Shown here one piece after another: positions 10,166 through 18,715 of a DNA stretch of 64,000 nt; the stretch's first letter is position 1; each line of letters begins with the position of its first letter. Location: the NCBI GenBank assembly GCA_964354655.1, contig CAYHAL010000003.1, forward strand, positions 3,670 to 67,669, given 5' to 3'. The translations under genes were made by a program, and so were the position numbers. This DNA comes from an uncultured Dehalococcoidales bacterium (lineage in GTDB: Bacteria; Chloroflexota; Dehalococcoidia; Dehalococcoidales; E44-bin46). The notes below the pieces were generated by a model. It ran no database searches and was not told the DNA's origin. It saw only the letters and a program-made list of their open reading frames with translations.

Positions 10166-10924
10166 CTAGTGCTCCTTGAGCACCCGGTGTGGCACCGGCC
10201 CATGAGCAATCAGCTGCACCGGGCACTGATAGGTGGCTTCAAGCACCTCTGGCGTGATTTCCTTAGAGCCGTGATAAAAGAGCTGGCGGTTCAGACAGGC
10301 AATCTTATCCACGTAGACGGAAACGGCACCAATATCATGAGACACCATCACGATGGCCAGGCTCTGCTTCAGGTCCTGAAGCATCTCGTAGAACTGGGTC
10401 TGCATCGCTGGGTCAATACTAGCCGTCGGTTCATCCAGTAGCAGCAACTTCGGCTCGGCGACCAGCGCCCGGGCAATAAAAACCCTCTGCTGCTGGCCCC
10501 CAGAAAGCCTGCCTATCTGTTCATTACGGTAATCCAGCATGCCCACCTTGATAAGGGACTTCTCCACCGCCGCCCTATCGCTATGGCTGTAGCGCCGGAA
10601 GAGACCGGTTTTGCCGTAGCGGCCCATCATCACTACTTCCCAAACACTCACCGGGAAGTCACGGTCAAAGGCGTAACGCTGGGAAACATAGCCAATCTGG
10701 CTCCGGCTTTGCTCGGGAGGCTGCCCGAAGACGGACACAGAGCCACGGAACGGTTTTACCAGACCCAGAATCACCTTAAGGAGGGTGCTCTTACCGCCGC
10801 CATTGGGTCCGATGATACCTAGGAAGTCATGCTGAAAGACAGAAAGGGCAATGCTTTCCAGCACACTCACATCGTTATACTTTACCCAGATGTCCTTCAG
10901 CCCGACAATCTCTAACTCAGCCAT
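10166..10924 (-). CDS. Metal (Zn/Mn) ABC transporter ATP-binding protein
   Basis: Walker A GPNGGGKST, signature LSGGQQQR, Walker B LLLLDEP. Confidence 0.85.
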   Translation of the reverse strand: MAELEIVGLKDIWVKYNDVSVLESIALSVFQHDFLGIIGPNGGGKSTLLKVILGLVKPFRGSVSVFGQPPEQSRSQIGYVSQRYAFDRDFPVSVWEVVMMGRYGKTGLFRRYSHSDRAAVEKSLIKVGMLDYRNEQIGRLSGGQQQRVFIARALVAEPKLLLLDEPTASIDPAMQTQFYEMLQDLKQSLAIVMVSHDIGAVSVYVDKIACLNRQLFYHGSKEITPEVLEATYQCPVQLIAHGPVPHRVLKEH

Positions 10925-10926
10925 AG

Positions 10927-11874
10927 CTACTGCACCGCCTGTCGCATGGCTAACCCTATAATACGCATATTACCGATGAAGTCCTTAGCCAGCGGGTCAA
11001 TAATGACTACTTTGCCACCTATTTCCTTGGCAATCACCTCAGCGCTTTTGGTGCTGAACTGTGCGGAGACAAAAATGACCCCGACATCGTGCTCCTTAGC
11101 TTCTTCAATCAAGCGGACAATATAGTCGGCGGTTGGCTCCTTGCCAGCCTGCTCAACGGCAAGCTGTCTCAGGTTGTAATCACGAGCGAAATAGCCAAAA
11201 GCCGGGTGAAACACCATGAAACAACGGTTACTCACACCGGCCAGCCACGCCGTGAGGTCGCTATCAAGCTGGTTTAGTTTCTGGAGGTAGATATCGCGGT
11301 TCGCTTCGAAATATGCCTGGTGGGCCGAGTCAACCTGCACCAGCCCCACGCAGATGTTCGCTACCATGACCTCGGCATTCTTCACCGAAAGCCAGATGTG
11401 CGGGTCCAGCCCTTCGTATTCATGATTATCTTCACCAGTCATCTCCATAAGCTCAATGCCCCGCGCGCAATCAACAACTAGTATCGTTTTATTAGCGGCC
11501 ACAAGCTTGTCCATCCAGGCAAGCTCGAACCCCATGCCAGAACCCAGCTTGGCATACATCTTCGCCTGTGACAGCTTAGCCATCTGGTCCGGTTTGAGCT
11601 CATAGGTATGGGGGTCGGCACCGGGCGGCACCATGACAATAGATTCAACCTGGTCACCCCCTACGGCTTCAACAAAGTCAGCCTGGGGCAGGATGGTGAC
11701 CGCCACTAATATCTTACCGGTATCCGCCTCCTCCGGTGCGCAGGAGGTTACCGAAACCACTGCAAGAGCAGTCAACACGACGAGACCTACTACCAGCAAA
11801 AAGAGCCAGTTGAACATCAGTCTCCTCACCTTTCTATCTCTTGACCGCCAAGGCAGATTATTTACTATCACCAT
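10927..11874 (-). CDS. Metal (Zn/Mn) ABC transporter substrate-binding protein (TroA/ZnuA-like)
   Basis: 315 aa with an N-terminal TM/signal segment and DPHIW / DPH metal-site motifs. It is adjacent to the ATPase and permease genes. Confidence 0.8.
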   Translation of the reverse strand: MVIVNNLPWRSRDRKVRRLMFNWLFLLVVGLVVLTALAVVSVTSCAPEEADTGKILVAVTILPQADFVEAVGGDQVESIVMVPPGADPHTYELKPDQMAKLSQAKMYAKLGSGMGFELAWMDKLVAANKTILVVDCARGIELMEMTGEDNHEYEGLDPHIWLSVKNAEVMVANICVGLVQVDSAHQAYFEANRDIYLQKLNQLDSDLTAWLAGVSNRCFMVFHPAFGYFARDYNLRQLAVEQAGKEPTADYIVRLIEEAKEHDVGVIFVSAQFSTKSAEVIAKEIGGKVVIIDPLAKDFIGNMRIIGLAMRQAVQ

Positions 11875-11943
11875 CGTTATTTGATATATATTTTCAATTG
11901 CAAGGCAAAATTACCTCGGCACCGTAATCTTCTTTATAAGAAC

Positions 11944-12423
11944 CTAGAGCGTGGTGGCGACGCGGCAGTCATAGCAAAGCCCATAGAACTCAAGCAGGTG
12001 TCCCTTGATGTCAAATCTTGCCTCCCCGGACAGCCTTTTCTCCAAGTCAGCCAGCCCGCAATCGGCAAAATCCACGACCCGGCCACAACCGGAGCAAATC
12101 AGGTGATGGTGATGCTCCGTAGGTCTTCTCATCATGTAGCTCCGGCACCCGCCTCCGGCATGCACCCGACACACAAGCTTGAGTTCATTGAGCAGGTCAA
12201 GAGTGCGGTAAACAGTAACCCGCCCGATATCAAGATTCTCCAGCCGGGCTCTCTCATATATTGCCCCCGGGGTGAGATGGTCATGGCTGGCAGCGATGAC
12301 TTTCAGCACAGCGTGGCGCTGTGGCGTTAGCTTATATCCGTGCTCCCTCAGGATGCCGGCTATCTTATTTGCCGTTAGACGCATGTAACGCTCCAAATGA
12401 TAATTAGTTTCATTTAACGCCAA
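11944..12423 (-). CDS. Fur-family metalloregulator (Zur/Fur-like)
   Basis: 159 aa with TPQR..., HHHHLIC..C and a C-terminal CxxC (CYDC). It lies immediately upstream of the metal ABC operon on the same strand. Confidence 0.8.
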   Translation of the reverse strand: MALNETNYHLERYMRLTANKIAGILREHGYKLTPQRHAVLKVIAASHDHLTPGAIYERARLENLDIGRVTVYRTLDLLNELKLVCRVHAGGGCRSYMMRRPTEHHHHLICSGCGRVVDFADCGLADLEKRLSGEARFDIKGHLLEFYGLCYDCRVATTL

Positions 12424-12516
12424 TTATAGCAGGGTTTGTAGTACCTGTCAATTAGCTACCAGAGGAGGTTAGCAAAATGTTTGCAAAAGAGGATGAGCCA
12501 GATACGCGCCTAAGGT

Positions 12517-12717
12517 CTGTTTTGCGCCATAGCCCTTGCCATAGCAGGACTGCTGTTGCTATGTGGGCATAAGATTCCGTTTCTGGGAAGGCTCCCCGGC
12601 GATATCTTGGTACAAAAGGAAAACCCCTGCTTCTTTCTTCCTCTCGCTACCTGTCTGCTTATCAGTGCTGGGGGCACTACTATCCTCAACCTAGTTCTCA
12701 GGCTCTTCGGCAAGTAG
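12517..12717 (+). CDS. DUF2905-like small membrane protein (start codon unresolved)
   Basis: My translation is ...AIALAIAGLLLLCGHKIPFLGRLPGDILVQKENPCFFLPLATCLLISAGGTTILNLVLRLFGK*, which matches the remembered DUF2905 pattern (K-IP-LGRLPGDI...F-FPL-TC). There is no ATG/GTG/TTG after the upstream in-frame TAA (12511); CTG at 12517 is the first candidate. Confidence 0.4.
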   Translation: MFCAIALAIAGLLLLCGHKIPFLGRLPGDILVQKENPCFFLPLATCLLISAGGTTILNLVLRLFGK

Positions 12718-12779
12718 AAAGACTTGGACGAGAACCTTGAGGAAGTCCCTGACACTTGAGATATTTTTAAAAAAAGGGC

Positions 12780-12807
12780 TTGACATCTGTGGAGAAATCT
12801 GTAATAC
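12780..12807 (+). promoter_or_regulatory. Candidate sigma70-type promoter for ABC importer unit 1
   Basis: TTGACA (12780-12785), 16-nt spacer, TAATAC (12802-12807). It lies about 320 nt upstream of the SBP start. Confidence 0.35.
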
Positions 12808-12906
12808 TAACTCCAACAAATTTTAACGACCACCTTTATGGCATACGGCAACCGATTGCCATAACTTATGAGAAATATGTGGTAGCTTTTCAAGAGGGCT
12901 TACTAT

Positions 12907-12980
12907 GACGTAATGGAACACTAGGAGGGGTGAATAGAACAGAGAAGAGGTAGTGTTCCACTACGTTTATTAGTTTTTTA
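12907..12980 (+). promoter_or_regulatory. Long leader hairpin followed by a T-rich tract (candidate attenuator / cis-regulatory RNA)
   Basis: 12910-12923 GTAATGGAACACTA pairs with 12951-12964 TAGTGTTCCACTAC, with one A:C mismatch. The stem is extendable by 3 bp. The 27-nt purine-rich loop contains GGAGGGG, and the stem is followed by TTTATTAGTTTTTT. Confidence 0.3.
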
Positions 12981-13127
12981 GGCTTTCTGATAAAAACAGA
13001 TGATATTGTGGGATAAGTACTATATTAGCGAAGGGGGGTGATAGATCGAGTAGAGACAGGTTATACCCGGTTTTCTAGTGGTATGGTTAAGATTAAACAG
13101 GCCAGAACTTAGAAAGGAGGTTTTTGG

Positions 13128-14639
13128 GTGAAGAAGAAAGGGTTCTTAAGACTAATGTTACCTATCTCGTTGATAGTAGCGATGGCAGTAGTGGTACCGT
13201 TCTTCACTGGCTGTCAAGCTGGGACACCAGCCGCTACTCCACCGCCAGTAACACCCGGTACTCCACCAGTAACACCTGGAACTCCAGCGCTACCCGCAGG
13301 GCTTTCGGTAGATGAGGTAGCCGTACTAGGCCACCTACCCGACCAACAGATAGGGGTAGAGTACCCCATAGGGGAGACGATTAATGTTGGCTTCCTCTGC
13401 GCGCTGTCGGGGCCGGACTCCGGATGGGGACTCCCCGGAATCTGCGGAATGAACATCTTTATTGATGCGGTGAATAAGACCGGCGGTCTCCTCGTTGGTG
13501 GGACGAGATACCCGCTGAAGATGTATGAATTCGACGACGAGGCTGTTGCCAGTAAGGCGCTTCAGGGTGCCAGGCAATTGGTGCTGGAAAATGATGTTAA
13601 ATATATCGCCGCCATCGGCGGCAACCCTGCTGACGCTGTGCATCCCTTCCTCACCGAGCACGGGGTGGTCTATGCCTCCCTGATATCCACCGATATCATG
13701 CCCGACAGACCATATTGTATTGCCGGCGGGGATGTTACCCCCAGAATTGACATGCTACGACCGCTGGTGGTCAAAAACTTTCTGCCCAGACCTGAGGAGC
13801 TGGGGAGGAAATTGAGGTGGGCGGTAACCTCCCAGGATGACACCCTCGGCCGCACCTGCCAGGCATGGGAGGTAGGCTGCGCTGTCGCCGAGGGCTGGGA
13901 GATAGTCTATGACAAGCACTTCTCCCTGGAGACTACCGACTTCGCACCGGTAGCAACTGCCATGATGGCGACCAATCCTGATGCCATCAGCCTCAACCTC
14001 TGCTACCCCACATTCCAAACCTTGCTCTGGGAGCAGCTTTACCTGCAGGGCTGGGAGGGCCCAATCTCGCTGAACTACATTGACTGGGAAGCCAACCTGC
14101 AGAAGGTCCCTCCAGAGTATGCTGCCAAATGCTTGGGCATAGACAGCTTCCCCGTCATGGAGGACCCGTGGTGGGGTGAGCCCTCGTGGAACCACTCATT
14201 TACTAGGATATGGAACGCCAGATATGGTCCGGGAGCTCCTGAGGACGTTCACCGCCACATGACCGGGATTGACTTTGACCACATTGTAGCCTTCCTCCCG
14301 TGGTGTGAGTGGGCACAGTACTGGGGCATGGACAATCCAGGCGCTGGACGGTTCCCCAACAACGATGAGATACTTGAGACCGCCAGGGCACTACCCTCTT
14401 TCCCCACTATCCTCGGTCCAGCATACATGTATGGCAAGGACATGTGGGGTATAGACAACATGATTTCGCCGCCTGTTCCGATAGATAAGTTTGATATCGG
14501 GGCCGTGAGCGCAGCTGGTGCTTATGGGGAGAAGCGCATCATGTACGAAATGAGGTTCGAGGACTGGTTCGAGAACATTAAGGACATAGTAATCCCAGTC
14601 GTTGAAGCCCACGGGGCGATGTATTACCAGCGCAAATAA
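13128..14639 (+). CDS. Liv-type (Peripla_BP_6-like) ABC substrate-binding lipoprotein, extended 503-aa form, unit 1
   Basis: GTG start with RBS GAAAGGAGG. Signal peptide plus lipobox FFTGC. Pro/Thr linker TPPPVTPGTPPVTPGTP. It is followed by livH/livM-type permease genes and is paralogous to 33628..35100. Confidence 0.8.
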   Translation: MKKKGFLRLMLPISLIVAMAVVVPFFTGCQAGTPAATPPPVTPGTPPVTPGTPALPAGLSVDEVAVLGHLPDQQIGVEYPIGETINVGFLCALSGPDSGWGLPGICGMNIFIDAVNKTGGLLVGGTRYPLKMYEFDDEAVASKALQGARQLVLENDVKYIAAIGGNPADAVHPFLTEHGVVYASLISTDIMPDRPYCIAGGDVTPRIDMLRPLVVKNFLPRPEELGRKLRWAVTSQDDTLGRTCQAWEVGCAVAEGWEIVYDKHFSLETTDFAPVATAMMATNPDAISLNLCYPTFQTLLWEQLYLQGWEGPISLNYIDWEANLQKVPPEYAAKCLGIDSFPVMEDPWWGEPSWNHSFTRIWNARYGPGAPEDVHRHMTGIDFDHIVAFLPWCEWAQYWGMDNPGAGRFPNNDEILETARALPSFPTILGPAYMYGKDMWGIDNMISPPVPIDKFDIGAVSAAGAYGEKRIMYEMRFEDWFENIKDIVIPVVEAHGAMYYQRK

Positions 14640-14655
14640 GCGCTAAAAAATTATT

Positions 14656-14682
14656 GGGGGCGGTATTTAAAATACCGCCCCC
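14656..14682 (+). terminator. GC-rich intercistronic hairpin (partial terminator / mRNA stabiliser) after the SBP gene
   Basis: GGGGGCGGTATT (14656-14667) pairs with AATACCGCCCCC (14671-14682). There is no T-tract on the + strand, so probably not a full terminator. Confidence 0.4.
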
Positions 14683-14722
14683 AAAAGCAATCCAAGTTTT
14701 AGATCCGAGGTTGAACTAAGAT

Positions 14723-15592
14723 ATGGATTTACAAACTGCGATACAGACAGCGGCTAATGCGGGAGCAGCTAGCTGTATGCTAATGATGATAGCTGTGGGG
14801 CTATCTCTGGCCTTCGGCGTAATGCAAATGGCAAATTACGCTCATGGGGAATTCTTCATGGCGGGCGCTTATACGGTATATGCCCTCTACGCCCTGGGTG
14901 GTGTGCCATTCTGGGTAGCAATAGGAGCGGGAGCCGGGGTAGTATGTGTCATTGGTCTAGCTGTAGAGCGAGTAATTTTCAGGCCAACGCGGGGGAATGT
15001 GCTCGCTGGTTTTATGGCAACCTGCGGCTTTGCTTTTATCGTCCAGGTTTTCTGCGGTGAAGTGTGGGGGTGGGGATTGATGAAGTATCTCCCCAAGCCC
15101 TACATGATTCCCTTTAATGTCATGGGTGCCTCAGTAGACTTCGCCAGAATGCTGATAATACCCTTTGCCATTGCTGGCATAGGAGGGCTCATCTTCTTCA
15201 TGCGCCGGTTTAAGCTGGGGCAAGCACTGCGTGCCGTGGCTCAGGACCCAGAGGCTGCCTCTTTACAGGGGATAAGCATCAATAAAATTACAGCGCTGGC
15301 TATGGGCATCTCCGGTGCTCTTGCTGGCCTAGCCGGTGGATTAATGTCAGTAATATATGCCGTAACTCCCACGCTGGGGCACCAAGTTATCTTGCCCGCC
15401 TTCATCGTAGTTATTGTAGGAGGGATGGGAAGCGTGGAGGGTGCCGTTATCACCTCCATTATCTTCGGCTTTACCCACACCTTCGTCACTACGATATTCG
15501 ACGCCGTTGTCGCCCAGATGGTTATTGTAGCCGTTATGGCTGGCGTACTAATAATGAGACCACAGGGGTTAATGGGCCGTGTTGCAATTTAA
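14723..15592 (+). CDS. livH: Branched-chain-amino-acid-type ABC permease (LivH family), unit 1
   Basis: 289-aa polytopic protein with RAVAQDPEAASLQGI, typical of LivH. Confidence 0.85.
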   Translation: MDLQTAIQTAANAGAASCMLMMIAVGLSLAFGVMQMANYAHGEFFMAGAYTVYALYALGGVPFWVAIGAGAGVVCVIGLAVERVIFRPTRGNVLAGFMATCGFAFIVQVFCGEVWGWGLMKYLPKPYMIPFNVMGASVDFARMLIIPFAIAGIGGLIFFMRRFKLGQALRAVAQDPEAASLQGISINKITALAMGISGALAGLAGGLMSVIYAVTPTLGHQVILPAFIVVIVGGMGSVEGAVITSIIFGFTHTFVTTIFDAVVAQMVIVAVMAGVLIMRPQGLMGRVAI

Positions 15593-16556
15593 TATACGAA
15601 GGTTCAGGATGGGGGCACTACCGGCCTTAATCATAGGGCTCTCTATTATGCCCTTCTTCGCCAGGGAATACGTCGTTGAGGTCGCTATCCTATTTTTTAT
15701 CTACATAATCCTGGCTCAAAGCTACCGCCTGGTAACTACTACACATGACTGGACACTGTGCCATGTTGTGTTGTACGGTGTCGGTGCCTACACCAGTGGC
15801 TTAATAGCCAAGTATTTCGGTATCCCCGTTTGGGTATGCATCCCCATCGGAGGGGTGATGGCAAGCCTAGTAGGCGTAGGGGTCATTCAGCCTTTGCTGA
15901 GAACCGTCGGCTTCGGTTTCTTTATCGCCTCCTATGCTCTGGGGGAATTGATAAGGCTGATCTGGGTCAAGGTTCACACCCCCTTCGGAGGTCCCCGGGG
16001 TATTATAGACATCCCCTACCCTCCGGTAGTAGCCGGGATAGACTTTAGTAAACCTATCCCCTACTACTTCATGTGCCTTGTGGCAATGCTGGTATGCCTA
16101 TACCTTATGTACCGCGTAGACAAGTCGCGTATAGGGGATGCCTTTAAGTCTATCTCCATCCATCCCCTATTGGCGGAATCCATAGGGATAAGCGTTCCCA
16201 AATACAGAACACTAGCCATGGCAATCGGTGCCTTCTTTGCCGGCATCGCCGGTGCCCTTCTGGTTCACCGCCTCGGCGCTGTGGACCCGAGGGTGTTCGA
16301 CATCATCACCATGGTATATCTCGTCATCTGGGTGGTGGTAGGCGGCACCAATACCTTCTTGGGTCCCATAATCGGGGTTGTTGTGATGCAAGCCATCTTC
16401 GAATTCACACGCCCCTTCTTGGAAATGAGACCCATGTTTTTCGGCATCATCTTGATACTGTTCCTAGTCTTCCTGCCCGGCGGCATTGAGAGTATCATCG
16501 CTAAGGCTATGGCCCGATTCCGAGCACGACGACGTGTAGTAGCGAAAACAGGTTAA
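15579..16556 (+). CDS. livM: Branched-chain-amino-acid-type ABC permease (LivM family), unit 1
   Basis: 325-aa polytopic protein that overlaps the livH stop. The start is uncertain; an alternative ATG lies at 15609. Confidence 0.85.
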   Translation: MLQFNIRRFRMGALPALIIGLSIMPFFAREYVVEVAILFFIYIILAQSYRLVTTTHDWTLCHVVLYGVGAYTSGLIAKYFGIPVWVCIPIGGVMASLVGVGVIQPLLRTVGFGFFIASYALGELIRLIWVKVHTPFGGPRGIIDIPYPPVVAGIDFSKPIPYYFMCLVAMLVCLYLMYRVDKSRIGDAFKSISIHPLLAESIGISVPKYRTLAMAIGAFFAGIAGALLVHRLGAVDPRVFDIITMVYLVIWVVVGGTNTFLGPIIGVVVMQAIFEFTRPFLEMRPMFFGIILILFLVFLPGGIESIIAKAMARFRARRRVVAKTG

Positions 16557-16585
16557 GATTGCTCCCGCCAAGCTGGTTATTAAAA

Positions 16586-16630
16586 AATAACCCGAGTAAG
16601 TAGGTCATTACTCGGGTTATTTTTATTTTT
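16586..16630. terminator. Bidirectional Rho-independent terminator between convergent livM and livG
   Basis: AATAACCCGAGTAA (16586-16599) pairs with TTACTCGGGTTATT (16608-16621). An A-tract precedes it and TTTTATTTTT follows. Confidence 0.7.
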
Positions 16631-16671
16631 GTCGTTAAAATAGCCGTTACCGAGCTATAGGTAAGTTGATA

Positions 16672-17442
16672 TTAACCAAGAAGCTCTGCTCTTCCCAGGT
16701 AGGCTTCGATAACCTCTTCATTCGACTGTATTTCCTTGGGTTTGCCTTCAGCAAGCTTCCTCCCGAAACTGAGCACGGTTATGTAGTCGCACACTCCCAT
16801 GACCGTCTTCATATCGTGCTCTACCAGTAGCACGGTTATCCCCTCTTTCCGTATCCTCTTAATTATGCTTAACATATGTGCCTTTTCCGTAGGGTTCATA
16901 CCGGTAACCGGTTCATCTAGCATGAGCAGTTTTGGCTCTGCCGCCAGAGCAACACTAACCCCCAATGCCCGCATATAGCCGTGAGGAAGGTTTATAGCCA
17001 GTTCATCCTTGATGTGCGTCATCTCCATAAAGTCAACTATCTCCTCGGCCTTCTTCAGGGCTTCCCTTTCCACCCTTCTGGTGCTAGGAGTACTACCCAT
17101 CACCCCAAAAACATTTTCCCCGGCATGCAGGTGACGCCCAACGGATATATTTTGCAGCACAGTGAAATTCATAAACAACGCAGTCTGCTGGAAGGTCCGG
17201 ATGAGGCCCCTTCTGGCTACTTTACTTGGCGGGAGGATAGTTATATCCTCGCCCTGATACCATATAGTCCCCGTCGTTGGTAGATAGACCCCACTGATAA
17301 CATTATACAGGGTTGTCTTTCCCGAACCATTAGGGCCAATGAGCCCTCTGATTTCCCCTTCGTTCACCTCCATATCAAAATCGCTTAGAGCAGCCAAACC
17401 GCCGAAATACTTACTCACCCCTTTGACTTCAAGTAGAGCCAT
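16672..17442 (-). CDS. livG: Liv-type ABC ATP-binding protein (LivG family), unit 1
   Basis: Walker A GPNGSGKTT, Walker B LLMLDEP, and the LivG-type C-terminus VIEAYLG. I chose the ATG at 17442, which is preceded by GGAAAGGAGGG. Confidence 0.85.
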   Translation of the reverse strand: MALLEVKGVSKYFGGLAALSDFDMEVNEGEIRGLIGPNGSGKTTLYNVISGVYLPTTGTIWYQGEDITILPPSKVARRGLIRTFQQTALFMNFTVLQNISVGRHLHAGENVFGVMGSTPSTRRVEREALKKAEEIVDFMEMTHIKDELAINLPHGYMRALGVSVALAAEPKLLMLDEPVTGMNPTEKAHMLSIIKRIRKEGITVLLVEHDMKTVMGVCDYITVLSFGRKLAEGKPKEIQSNEEVIEAYLGRAELLG

Positions 17443-17836
17443 AAACCAGCCCTCCTTTCCTACCATGGTATGAATAAAAAGCAGAGCTACTGGTGTGAAT
17501 TTAGCATAGGTGGCTTAGTTTGTCAATAGAGTGTGGGTGGTGGTTCTGTTCGGCTGACGTTGATAACCCTAGAATAGATTAAGCAATTATCACCTTCAAA
17601 AGGCCTCATTAGCTGTCGGCAAAGCTTGTGCCTGTGGGATTTTATCAGCTTACGCCGCTCTTCATCCTCGCTAATGGTCCCCTCCTTCCACTTCTCGGCA
17701 ACAATGCTTGACACGAGGGCAGGCGTGTGCTACACTTCCCGCCGTAAGCTGGTAGTGGGCTGAAAAATAGCCGGCTTTTAAGCGTAACCACAATCGTTTA
17801 TTTTTGCTGCTCTAACAATAGCCAGAATTTTTATTT

Positions 17837-18673
17837 ATGATGTCTATTACATTAACAGAAACTCAAAAACAACGCCTGCGAGAATTGGATGCTGATACAA
17901 ACTTGGTAGAAAAGGTATTCAGCAATGCCCAAGAGAGGGACGCAAGTTTCAAGATGATAGAGAAAAGGTTGATTGGAGAGGAAAAACAGCGTTTACAAAA
18001 CCTCCGCAACTATCATCGCTACCCCATGATTTGCCAAGTAGAGAGGACCCTTGTAGATAAGCTTACAGAAGAAGGTTTTGTACAAGTCATTACTCCGATA
18101 ATAATAACTAAAAGGTTTTTAGAAAAGATGTCTATCACCGCCAACAATCCCCTGATAAATCAGGTTTTTTGGCTCAGTAAGAATAAATGTTTACGGCCTA
18201 TGCTGGCACCGAATCTTTATCATCTCTTAAGACGGCTTGTTCGCTTATGGGAAAAACCTATTCGTATTTTTGAAATAGGCCCATGCTTTCGCAAAGACTC
18301 TAAAGGGAGTGAGCATCTAAATGAGTTTACCATGTTAAACCTTGTTGAGTTGGGCTTATCCCAAGAAAGCAGACTTGAGCGGTTAAAAGAGTTGATTTCC
18401 CTCTTAATGGAGGCTGTAGGTATAAATGAGTACCAATTGGTTTCGAAGCCGTGTGAAGTCTATGGGGAAACAGTGGACATCATGGCTGGTACCGAACTCT
18501 GTTCGGCAGTCGTGGGTCCCCATCCATTAGATGACGCCTGGGGAATAGTCGACCCGTGGGTGGGATTAGGGTTTGGTTTGGAGAGGCTGGTGATGGTGAG
18601 ACAGGGATATCAAAATATTCAGAGAGTGGGACGCAGCCTCATATATCTTGATGGAATTAGACTGAACATTTAA
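17837..18673 (+). CDS. pylSc: Pyrrolysyl-tRNA synthetase, catalytic C-terminal protein (bacterial split form)
   Basis: 278 aa of class II aaRS core with PylRS-like segments: RPMLAPNLY, EIGPCFRKDSKGSEHLNEFTMLN and GLGFGLERL. It is followed by pylB and pylC. Confidence 0.9.
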   Translation: MMSITLTETQKQRLRELDADTNLVEKVFSNAQERDASFKMIEKRLIGEEKQRLQNLRNYHRYPMICQVERTLVDKLTEEGFVQVITPIIITKRFLEKMSITANNPLINQVFWLSKNKCLRPMLAPNLYHLLRRLVRLWEKPIRIFEIGPCFRKDSKGSEHLNEFTMLNLVELGLSQESRLERLKELISLLMEAVGINEYQLVSKPCEVYGETVDIMAGTELCSAVVGPHPLDDAWGIVDPWVGLGFGLERLVMVRQGYQNIQRVGRSLIYLDGIRLNI

Positions 18674-18715
18674 GTAATCTGATAAGTAATCTGATAAGAA
18701 GTTGATATTAAGATT

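Noticed and set aside
12501-12514. 14-nt match CAGATACGCGCCTA shared with the partial tRNA-Arg / att repeat at 48908-48921, possibly a third att scar.
   Set aside because: The match does not extend into the tRNA T-arm sequence. A 14-mer coincidence is expected by chance in a 64-kb window when both strands are considered.
12510-12755. 81-aa minus-strand ORF in the track.
   Set aside because: It is antisense to a much more convincing DUF2905-like reading frame on the + strand. Its Arg/Ser-rich low-complexity translation is typical of an antisense artefact.
17523-17714. 63-aa minus-strand ORF (GTG start) between livG and pylSc.
   Set aside because: It has no recognisable motif and no clear RBS, and it lies in an intergenic region. 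It could be real but cannot be supported from sequence alone.
17715-17836. Expected pylT upstream of pylSc, the canonical bacterial position.
   Set aside because: I read the region on both strands. There is no CTCTAAA anticodon loop and no cloverleaf-capable sequence. The only pylT-like sequences are at 21003-21067 and 29854-29925.
18671-18698. 12-bp tandem duplication TAAGTAATCTGA x2 (+TAAG) that starts at the pylSc stop codon.
   Set aside because: It is a tiny slippage-type duplication in the pylSc-pylB spacer and only duplicates the stop codon. No functional implication is evident.
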